From Setoptus koraiensis (Eukaryota; Animalia; Arthropoda), in assembly GCA_048013815.1 (NCBI GenBank), contig CM106585.1, positions 19,840,001 to 19,904,000 of the forward strand: a stretch of 64,000 bases of DNA, given 5' to 3'. The position numbers were made by a program, and so were the translations under genes. Positions 36,983-47,635 of the stretch are shown here, one piece after another. Below the pieces are notes generated by a model that was given only the letters and a program-made list of their open reading frames with translations, had not been told where the DNA came from and made no database searches. The stretch's first letter is position 1. Each line of letters opens with the position of its first letter.

Positions 36983-39263
36983 ATGGACTCTATCAAAATT
37001 AATATCTTTTGTCATTTCCTCTTCATTATAACCTTCATCAACGGCTCAATCTATTTACTGTTCGATGTAAACGACATGCAAGCAGCTAGAAGAAAATCCG
37101 ACGATTCAATCAGATCGGAGAAAAAATTATTCAAAAGAATGCGAGATCGAATAAAGTTTTATCTCAGTGTCAGAAAAGGACGAGCATTTCTAACCTGGCT
37201 GATAGTCGATCTCGCATCGGGAGCGTGCATATTGACCTATACGGTATTATACGGGTTCGCTAGCGATAACCTTGTTTTGCAATTGGGACTACCAGAATGG
37301 ATAGGCGATATGTTTCTATGTTACAGGTACTCTCGCATGATCAACAAGGTGGGTGCGCTACTAATAATTCAACTTTATTTGGTACGTTGGGCAAATATTG
37401 GAGAAGCTATATTCGCGAAAGAAGGCCATGGTTGTAGGCACCTTGCGGACGCTATTTCCTACTTGAGATCTCTGAAATTGACACCACGAGCCTGGATGTA
37501 TCTTCTTGGTCTGACTGATGCAGTCAAATGTAAAGATCGAGTGCATCGTGAAAAGATAAAACGTAACAGTCAATTTGACACGAACGTTCTGATAAGTATG
37601 ACGACAGGTGAAAGAAGTGAACAGAGAAGAAACTCCAGTCCAGCCGAAAAGGCGAATAGACGATTTACAGGTCACCCGATCGAGAGTGGCAAAGTGAGCT
37701 CATGTCGAGAGCCAACCGATTGGTTTCCAGACGATTTAGAAAAAGCACAGCACGAAGGCGAATTGTTCGATTTTGATAATGAGTTTCGCGAAATTCACTA
37801 TCAAATCGACACTTCGAAAACATCCTACAAGAGACGCTCTTTTCATAAAGTGGATCTGAGGACATTGAGAGTGCTGTGCTACATCAATGTTATCGTCACA
37901 TTGTTCATTATGTGCTGGTTAAGTTTCTACATACAAGCTTCGTCGATGGTTGAATTTATCCACTGTCATTATTCGGTGACATTGTTCCTCAGTCGACGTC
38001 TTTTTCCGTACACCATGCTGCTGCTGACTATTACCCAATGCTTATTTGGAAATATAGATATTGCTAAATTTGTTCTCGAAAGTTTGATTCTTTATAGCAA
38101 GGCGAGGCGCACAGTAATCTTCTCCTCGCAACTGGTGAAACTTTATTGGCACCATAGAAAACATGTCGTAACTTCAATTGTCACACCAAGCAATCTTGGA
38201 ACAAGAGCCGGAACAAGAAATCATTTGAAATACAATCGAAATATGAATATTCAAGGGGTGAGAATGATGGCGGACAGTGTATTTCGCAAACATGAATCTA
38301 TGAGAAACTTCCCCAGTAAAATGTACATGAGCTGCAGGCCGGCTGCTGTAATGAATGACAAAAAAGGACTCAATTTGGTTACATTGTCGAAGAAAATCGA
38401 TCAATTCATCAGAATGGTGACGGAGGTTCGCGGAGATTTAGATCAATTAAAACGCTTATATACTTCTCATTTGCACATGGAGCTTGTTTTTAGATTGCCC
38501 TGTGTCATGTTGACTCTGGCCACATTCATGAAAATGACAGACTTGGACAATCGTCAGCTTCAAGTGCTGGTGTTCGTTTTCGGTGGTTATTGGATTGCTC
38601 TGGTTGTGATCAGTTTGAGTGCCGCTGTTTTACATGTAAAAGTGGGTATCTTTCTAAACATTGACGATTAGCAGTATAGTGATGCCATCAAGAATTTCTG
38701 AGAGAGTTTGAGAGCCGTTAGAGTATACTTAGATGTTCGAAAACAACTCCTAAAAATTAACGTTTCGTAGAAAACAGAGATTGGCCGGCCTGGCTCTCAA
38801 TCGGTGTCTGGATTGAGCGCCAATCTAAAAAAAAAATGCGTCTATAACTTCAATCTGGGACAGAGATATTTTACAATTATTTAATCCATTATTGGCTAAT
38901 TGTCATTTCACTTTTCGTACTCATTTTTTCTCCACACAAATACACATTTCCTCTATATCTAGTTTCTAACGATCAATCGTGAGATGCAGAATCTATTTGT
39001 CCAGCAGCCGCTAATGAGCAAATTTAATTTGCGAAAATTGCTAGCTATATCTGAGGATTTGTTGAGCGTCGAGAATATCTCGTTTGTTATTGCTGGTATT
39101 TACCCCTTGACACCTGGAAAATTACCTTTGGTAAGTGTCAGTCAGATCATGTCGTGTTCATCTTATCTAGCCGCAAGTAACTGTCCCAAATCATCATTTA
39201 TTTCTGTAGATCCTAGGATGGGTCCTAACCGGAATGATAATACTGTTGCAGTTCGTGCTGTAA
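36983..39263 (+). CDS. GR-superfamily chemoreceptor, copy 5 (626 aa)
   Basis: Exons 36983-38641, 38963-39130 and 39210-39263. C-terminus ILGWVLTGMIILLQFVL. Confidence 0.85.
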
Positions 39264-40100
39264 AAATACTTATTTGTGCATTATTTTCATTCTTGCTGAG
39301 AAACTCGGAAGTTTATCAAAAGAACTCGATGTCAGCACCCATATTGATGGGTTCTGATTGAAGTGGTAACGAGGATCGAATCGTTCGAATCAATCCTTAC
39401 GACCAAAATTAGTTCGCAAGAACTAAATCTGTAAAGAATTTCAGAGGAGACAAAAGGGTGATCAATGGGCCTCGTTTGTCATCATTTCGATCAATTCATA
39501 GGAAACCTCAATAGAACGATTCGAAGAATACGAGTCGGAACTAGTTACATAGGGCGTGAAGTGAAGCCAACCCAAGGCCCTCACATTGAGTGATTCTTCA
39601 AGCGATCATCATAGTTTATTAGCGAGGTAAGTCCAAAGATGTGCCTGTATCATGTGACGCGCGCCATAAACGGACAGTTATCAAATTTCGGTTTATTGAG
39701 GCTTGTGGTCAATGAGATAATCAAGATTTGGAGTTGGCTGATATCTCCGAAAAAGCCGAACTTCAATAGATCGAATGCGCCGATCACGTCGAATGTGTCA
39801 TCACGCAAGGAGATTTGGTCCAGAAATCCATTATGCGCTCGCTCAAGTGCATATTTCAAGCAATATCTCTACGATATTGAATAATGTAATTAATGAGCGA
39901 GCCGAATCGACCTGAACGGATTTCGTGTGTGTGTTAATGCGACGCTCGCACGAATTTTCAACGAACCATTTTAACGGCATAGCCAGCGAATGCCGTTAAA
40001 ATCTAAGACGGTCTCAGAACATGGAACTGAGGTGCATTGCCGCGACCAATCTTATTGGAAAATTCATTCATTGATTGAGTTAAGATTAAATTCCATACTG

Positions 40101-40591
40101 ATTACATCGAGAATCTCGATTCGAGATGTGAAGGTTGCCATTTAAGGCCTACAGTGTTATAACTTTGTTTCGATTTCTTTCGTCAACATTTACTTTTCAG
40201 CCCCTCGCCAAGCCCTGAAAATTTCAGCGCCCTCCCGTGGACGATTCCTGAGATATATCAAGAATGAGATTTTTATTTCAATGTGGGACGCCCTGTATCT
40301 GTTGCTAATTGTATCTGCTGCTAATCAAGCTTGCTGATCTCAAGCTAGCACAGTTTCAGACTGAACGATAAACTTGTGCCCATATACAGATATATCCATT
40401 AAATGTATCATTTGACAACATCCGTGCTTATAAAGCAGTTGAGCTGTGCCACATTATTGTTAGATAGTTTGCATTACAGTGTCTTAGTGCTGTCTAGGCT
40501 GCTGTAGGACATCGTGGTGTCTTGCTGAAATGATTTTGCGCCCTGTCCGGGAGTTTATAAGAACTTCAATTGAAAATATATATACGAAAAC
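40101..40591 (+). repeat. Second copy of the duplicated block; right-hand end of the GR array
   Basis: Aligns to 35697-36070 with an internal insertion. Each copy lies about 840 bp after a receptor stop codon. Confidence 0.9.
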
Positions 40592-41036
40592 AGACTCACA
40601 TGATCGGCACTCGGTGCACCAGTGTGAGTAACATATCTCAGCATACAGATGATAATCAGTCAAGAAAAATGTTTGTTGCTAGATTGGCACAATAGGGCTA
40701 TCAACTTGTGTGAGTCAAGAGAGCGAGAGATAAACCAACATTAGCTAGACATTTTTCGCTTCTCATATAAAAATACAACAAATATGAGTAATAATGCAAC
40801 CGCAGCAACAATAACACTATTGACTAAATGACTGTATAAGTGGAGCGATTGTACTGTATAATCGCAGTACAACAACCAATTGCAGTATACAACGCCGTTG
40901 TGATAGACAACAGTATCAGAGACGGACCGACGGACGTCTTAAGATGATTCCATTCACGGACGAGGACACTGTTCAATCAATTCTTGCCGATCGTCACCAC
41001 TAGTCAGCCCACAATCGCCTACCTAATTAGACACAC

Positions 41037-41128
41037 ACACTTTGCGACGCCAATTGGACACTTCGCGACGCCAATCGGACACTTTGCGACGCCAATTGGA
41101 CACTTCGCGACGCCAATCGGACACTTCG
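41037..41128 (+). repeat. 21-bp tandem repeat, 4.4 copies, alternating A/B variants (42-bp higher-order unit)
   Basis: ACACTTTGCGACGCCAATTGG and ACACTTCGCGACGCCAATCGG in the order A-B-A-B. Confidence 0.95.
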
Positions 41129-41304
41129 AGGCCCGACTGCCCAATGCACAAACAGTCGAAATTATCCGCTCCAATCAGACTGTTACTAGCCGAACGACAA
41201 CTGTTGAAATTAACACACTCATACATTTAAATTGCGCTCAACATCGATCAACGGAATCATCGGAGGACACGCCGTCGGAAAGCACCGAAAAAAACACGAC
41301 CACC

Positions 41305-43030
41305 ATGCATTTGGCTAGCGCTCAATACCGGCTGACGGCCATGCTGGCACTGATTGCCATGTTCTTCTTTGTCGAAATAATCGTTGGTTACATCACAAAC
41401 TCTATGGCATTAGTGGCGGATTCGTTTCACATGTTCAGCGATGTTGTGGCTCTATTGATTGCCTTCATTAGTGTCAGGATGTCACCAAAGAAATGGTCCA
41501 AGAACACCTTCGGTTGGGCCAGAGCAGAGATTTTGGGCGCGCTCGTCAATGCCGTCTTCTTGTGTGCATTGTGTTTCTTATTTATAATTGAATCTATTAA
41601 ACGCTTCATAGACCCACAACAAATACACGATCCCGTTCTCCTTTTGATCGTTGGCAGTCTCGGCCTGCTCATCAACCTGATAGGATTGTTATTATTTAAG
41701 AGTAGCGGCACTCATCATTGTCACCATCATCATCATCATCATCATGCCCATCAAGCGCACCACCATCACCGTTCGTTAGCGCAATCGGAGATTATTATAA
41801 CGGACATCATTCATCGGGCCTCCGACGAGGACCATCACAAAGGCAGCAACCAGGATTTGTTGTACAACGCAACTCAAAAGGCCAATCAATTGCAACCGTC
41901 CGCTCTCATCGACAACGACAATGTTTCATTAAGCCCCAAAAAATTAATCAACAGGTTAGCCGATGGAAATTTGGAGCCCAAACTTAGCGGGGCCAGTGAT
42001 ATAGTGACAGGCAAACACAGCAGCAACAACAACAACAACAGTAACCAAAACAAATCCCACCAATCGCTTATCATGACAGATGGCTCTATGAATAATCTTT
42101 CGGCCATCATTGATACAAGTCAATGTGATCAATTCAAGTCAAATCATCATAATCATGTAAATAGTAATGATAACAAAAACAATCAAAGTCACGAGCATAA
42201 ACACCAGCACTCGAGCACTCAAATGAACATGAGGGGCGTCTTTTTACACGCCATGGCCGACGCCATCAGTAGTGTCATAGTGATGATATCCGCCGTCATC
42301 CAGATCTTCTATACCGAATGGACATTTCGATTGTACGTGGACCCAGCGCTTAGCGTCATAATGGTATGCCTGATATTAAAGCATACCTTGCCCCTCCGTA
42401 AGTACTCGACCTGACTTGTTACATCATACTGTGTTGTATCATCATATCTAGCGAGCCATTACACAGCAACTACTAATTACAGTTATCTCGTCGTTTGAAT
42501 TTATAATTAATTTTATTTACAGTGACCGAGTCTGCCATGATACTTCTGCAGGCAGTGCCGAAGCACATTCAGGTTGATTCGTTGCAACGGCGCCTACTAG
42601 AAGAGGTTTGTACAACATTGTCACAAATGGTGACATAGTTGAGGATAATTCAATATAATCCGCAATAAGCTCTCAATAACTCTAACAAAAATCCATTCAA
42701 TCCACGACAAACAATATACGTGTTTATCTTTAGGTCCCAGGTATCGTGAGTGTGCACGAAATGCACGTTTGGCAACTCACCGGCGACAGGATAATTGCAA
42801 CGGCTCACATCAGATGCCACAAACTACAGGACTATATGCGTGTAGCTAGAAAAGTGAAAGAATTCTTCCACAACGAGGGCATACATTCTACCACCATACA
42901 GCCCGAATTTTTGGACTCGGACAACCAAGTGTTTCCGCCACAATATGACAATTGCCTGCTCGATTGTCCCCCTCTCCAGCGAACCATTTGTGCGCCCCGA
43001 ACCTGCTGCTGGGTTAAATATCTGGTTTAG
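41305..43030 (+). CDS. SLC30A1: Cation diffusion facilitator zinc exporter, ZnT1/ZnT63C-like, 3 exons, 490 aa
   Basis: Exons 41305-42397, 42523-42605 and 42734-43030, starting at CACCATG. Motifs are SMALVADSFHMFSD, NTFGWARAEILGALVNAVFL, a His-rich loop, NMRGVFLHAMAD, SVHEMHVWQL..ATAHI, GIHSTTIQPEF and a Cys-rich tail. The H/D-H/D site indicates zinc. The 3' end could include a further exon. Confidence 0.92.
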
Positions 43031-43411
43031 CACGCTGGATAGTTTTCTACATTCCCAATATCAATCGGTATTTTTCACTTATTCGTGGGCCCATCGAGCC
43101 CACGACAAAGCAACCTCAACCTAAATCCTTGATCAATTTAAATTTGAGATAAACGATGTACGAATTGACAAAAATCAAATCATCGAATTCATCGCCATGA
43201 CAGCCCAGTAAACGCGCGTCTGATTGCAGCAACGCAAGGCAAAGTTTAATTAGAGAAAATATACTCGTTGTACACATGACTCAGTATATCTAGAATTGTG
43301 CCGTGCAACAACACGTGCATTACAGGACATTTTAATGATAAATTAAAGCTGACAGATTGATCAAACAGATTGATTGGTGCGCCGAGGTGACTCATAATCT
43401 TAACTCATAAT

Positions 43412-43460
43412 CGGATTTATTGGCGGATCTATTGGCGGATTTATCGGCGGATTTACCGCC
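43412..43460. repeat. 12-bp tandem repeat (GGCGGATTTATT, about 4 copies) between the convergent ZnT and iGluR genes
   Basis: Seen directly in the sequence. Confidence 0.85.
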
Positions 43461-43500
43461 AAGTGGTCGCTGCTCGCAAGTGGCCGTGATTCTCGTCTGA

Positions 43501-46500
43501 TCAGTCTCGGGTGACCAATTCTGTGTCACTCTCGAACGTCGAGTACTGCTGCTGAAGGGCCCTGAGAATGTCGTGATAATTGTTCAGCTGATCATATCTG
43601 TTTGTCGTTGCGTTTCTCGCAATTTTTCGGCTGGCATGAGGATAGTGATTGGGCGCCGACTCGATCATTGTGTCTTGCTGCTCTCTTTGGTTTTGCTGCT
43701 CTTGGCGCAATTGTTGCTGATGCTGCTGTTGTCGCTGTTGTTGTTGTTGTTGCTGGTGCTGCAGCGACGAGCCGCTACGCGGTTTCATCGCGGGCGCCGG
43801 CGGTTTCTTGATTGCGGGCTTAGTGGAACTCTGGCACGACAGGGCAAACTTGAGATCTTTTATCATTTCTTCGCACATTGAGTCGCGATTTGCGCTCGTC
43901 TTGCGCGATTTCCACATAAATTCCGCAATGGCAAACAGGAAGCTGAGCCCGAGGCCGCCCAGCAGCACGACAAATACGCCGCCCACATTGCCCAAACTGA
44001 GCTCGGTGACAACGCCCCCCTTGACGTCGTCAGTACAGGTTCCGCCGCCCCGTCGCTCCTTCCACCAGCGATTTTTCAGTATGTGTAGCACGCCGTTCTC
44101 TTGCAAATGCAAAATGCCCTCGCTCAACAGGGTCCGATAGGGCCGCTTCCGGGTTGGCTTTTTGCTGGTGGCAACGCCGTAGCCCTTGCTGTCGAGCAGG
44201 CCGCCTATCTGGGTGAGATTGCAATTGCGCTCCGTGATGTACTCTATGGAGGTGGACTCCATGAAGAAGGCAAATTTGCCCTCTTCGACGCGCTCTTGGC
44301 CCTCGTCGTTGCTCTTCACGTAGGTCTTGTATTTTTCCATTGTCTGACCAATTCGTTTATAAGTGTCAATGTGCGAATCGCTGAAGAAGGTGCACGTTGT
44401 TCCCGACTCGACGCACCCGTACCTAATCTCTTGTTGAACGCTCAAATCTTTGGCATTCTCAATGGGATAAACCACCTTTTCCACTGTGAGAAAAGCGGCC
44501 AAATTGGCCGTGTAAGACGATATCATAATCAGCGTGAAAAAATACCAAATGCCCGCAATAGTTCGGGTAGACATGGACCGGGGCGTTAAATCGCTGCCCT
44601 GTTGCATGAGCGAGCCAGTTGTAAACCAAAATGAGTTCATTAGCGAGAAATTGTTTCGCATTACAATCTCGTTGCTGTCGTGCAAATCTTGCCTACACGG
44701 ATGCGGATTGGCCCATTCGTAGGGCGACAAGCGGCCCACAAAAAACAGCAACGTACTAATGCTTGCGTAGGCGGCCACCACGTAGGCCCACACGTCGCTG
44801 GAGAAGGGCGACAAAAACGAGAACAGGGTATTCTGTTTGGTGGTTGGCTTCTTGAACAGTATGGATATGCCCGTGTTCATAAACGGCAACGTAAAATCGA
44901 CAGCTTCCTCGCGTTGCGACGTTATGGTCAAATCTACGATGGCCAAATCGGCCTTGCCCGATATTATTTCGCCTATCATGCCGTTCCACGATTGGGTGCC
45001 GTTCTTGTGCTTGATTTTGGCCCCGTACTTGCCGTCGTCCACCTCCTTGAAGCGATACTTGAAGCCCACCAATTTCGACAATTCGTGTATGAGGTCTACC
45101 GCAAAGCCCTCGTACTGATTGTTGCCCTCTTGCTTGTTTGGGGTCTCCTTGAGCATGAAATAAGGCTGCGTCCGTCTGGTGGTCACTATGAGTGTCTCCA
45201 TGTCGTCGCTAGAATCGAGAAAGATCCTCTGAAATAGCTGCTCGTTCACCATGAGCGCCCCAGAACCAGATTTGGCCTTGTCGAATTTTGGATGCAGCAG
45301 CGCCACAACTTCCGGTGTAGCGGCTGGCCGATTTTCGATGTTGAGTTGTGCATTGGACAAAGATGGCGCTAGCATCACTGGACCACTTGTTGCCATTGTG
45401 TCGTCTTGCAATACTCTCGAACTCCTAACACTCGACGAATTGATGCGAACGCCGACAGCCTGACCAGTCTGGCCAGCCACGGAAAAATTGTACTGCTGAT
45501 AGTTGAAATTTTTCCTTGTCGATCCCTGTTGCTGTTGTTGCTGCTGCTGCGGCGGTTCGAATTGAGGCGCCCTATTGAAGGTCGACCAATTAATGTTGCT
45601 GCTGGCGCCGCCGCCGCTGCGCAAACTTCGCATATACGCCTCCGAATTCCACTGGCCCACCTTTATCAGGCCGATTGAGGGCGCCACAGTCATGAGGTCC
45701 AGAGTGAAGCCGGTGCGCAGGCCCCGCTCGTCGAAACTCACCAAACCGCTCAGGCCCGAAAACGTAATCCGGCGCATATAGTTAACGATTGAGCTGCCAT
45801 AGGGCCACGGATCGCCGTCTTTTGAGCACGATATTGGCTGAACGTCTATCGATTGGCCCGTGTCTAAATCGTTGAGGCCCAGCATCAACAGGAGCAGCCC
45901 GTCGTGAATGAGCGCACTTTTTGTTGATAATTTCAATTGAGCATTTCGCGCCATTTTATCCTGTTGCTCTAACAAATACGCATCTACGGCCCGCCGAGCC
46001 GGCCCGTTGTCATCGACACTGTCAGCTCCGTGCTTATTCTTGGTCTTTGAGGTCACGTCATCGTAGGCATGCGACGGCTCCAGGTAGCCGCTTGGGGTGT
46101 CAGAGTGAGGCGCGAAGTTGGCCTCTTTTCTTTGGGTGGACTTGAGACTTTTTTCGTTGTCGTTGTCGTCGTCGCACGCACTCGTACACAGTCCCAGGCT
46201 CCTCAGATAGGCCTCATCAAATTGCCTGGCAACACTAAAACCGTTGCCTGTATTGTCCGGTGGCCCGTTCGACGTGCTGGCCTCATTTGGGCTCACAGCG
46301 GCTTTGTTTCTGGCGCCTAAATCGAGATCACGAACCAGCTTGAACGACGTTATCAGGGTCTTGCTGTATTTGAAATCCTCTAAATCAATCATATGTAAAT
46401 CAAGCGATGCTATTAAATAACTGTATTTCTCTGTCATGCAACCCACTTGTTGAGCATGCTTCAAGGCCGTGTATAAATTCTCGTCTCTGACATCTAGCAA

Positions 46501-47635
46501 TACGTTTGTTTCGCCGGATAGTTTTAATTTCCAGAAGAGCTCTCTGAACGATGTGGTTTTTTCCCTCTTTTGAACATTGGCTAATTTTATAATTTTTTCA
46601 TCTGTTTCGCTTGTGTTGCCCGTTGCGCTGACAAGCCTTTCAGTTGCCATATTTGCGTCGTTGTAACTGGTGGCGTCCTCTTCGGCCAAAACTGTTTCGT
46701 CTTCGTAGGCTCCCAGTACTTGCTGGCTCGAGCGTGGCTTCGAACCAACCATATTGGCAGCGGAGAGCTTCTTTCCTGCCGAGGACGAAGACGACGAACT
46801 CAGCGTCGGCGAGTATTGAAACAGTCGAATTGACCATTTGCTTGTCCAAGTGCCCGACGATTCCCTAAACAGACTCTGCAACCTGATCATCGAGTCCGAA
46901 TCTTCGTACACTATGGCAAACGAGGTCCAATTCCAGGCGTTGAACAATTCTATGTAGGCGGCAGTCAACAATTGCGCTGGCGGATACAAATTGACCGTTA
47001 AGTCCTGGCGTTTTGGCGCGAAATCCGCGTGCATCTCTATATGGGGCACCTCTAGTGTATCACAGATTGATTGAACGTGTTGTATGCTTCTGCCGTTACT
47101 GGGACCGAAAATGGCCACCACTCCGGACAACAACAACTTGCAAACCCTGTCGTCGGCCTCAAACGAGCTGTCTCTATTGACCAATCGCTCTATCAGGGGC
47201 TCTATCAGTGGTCCACTATTAACTGGCTGGCTATTTTCGTTTGTGTCCCGCTGAAATCTTTCGTCAGGACCAAGCACCTCCGAATGGTGGCTGTTGTTTG
47301 CGATCAGCACCTCAGCTGCTTGCTGCGAATGGCCAGCGGAAAAAATTGATCTATCGTTCATCATTTGTATTGTCTTGATAAAAATATCCTCTTGTTCCAC
47401 ATTGGACTTCTCAAACAGGGCACCTGACAGATCGAATACAACAAGCATATTTGCGTCAGAATACACTCAAACTCAGCAATTTGCCATTATTGTTTGATAC
47501 TGATGTCGCCATGATGTTTCATTTTTCTATCGCTGCCCACTCACCTATGCGAATCAGATCCGGCATACCATGAACGTGCTGAAAACAATTTAATTCAAAA
47601 ATAACAATTATGGTGAATAGTAATAAATATTGCAT
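43501..47635 (-). CDS. Ionotropic glutamate receptor, kainate-type, 2 exons, about 1337 aa
   Basis: Exon 1 (47635-47545) encodes a signal peptide and MPDLIRIG; intron 47544-47424 is GT-AG; exon 2 is 47423-43501. It has an ATD, S1 DLAIVDLTITSQREEAVDF, pore FWFTTGSLMQQG, SYTANLAAFLT and S2 GTT..FFMESTSIEY. The start may lie further upstream, up to 47791. Confidence 0.95.

Noticed and set aside
39650-39859. AHNGFLD resembling a protein-primed PolB exonuclease motif
   Set aside because: A single short, imperfect motif in a 69-codon frame with no other polymerase motifs nearby.
40537-40543. TGCGCCC metal-response element upstream of the ZnT
   Set aside because: It is a single 7-mer inside a duplicated block, also present at about 36014. 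MTF-1 regulation normally needs clustered proximal sites.
41037-41128. Short regular repeats here and at 60034 and 13095 considered as CRISPR arrays
   Set aside because: The units are directly adjacent with no unique spacers, there are no cas genes, and the context is a spliceosomal eukaryote.
40984-41304. TTG-initiated 107-aa N-terminal extension as part of the ZnT CDS
   Set aside because: There is no in-frame ATG, and a good CACCATG at 41305 gives a normal ZnT N-terminus. It is kept only as a hypothesis in findings.
45240-46830. iGluR insertions as annotated introns
   Set aside because: They are fully open in frame and I found no convincing GT..AG and branch signals at their boundaries, so they are treated as coding pending RNA data.
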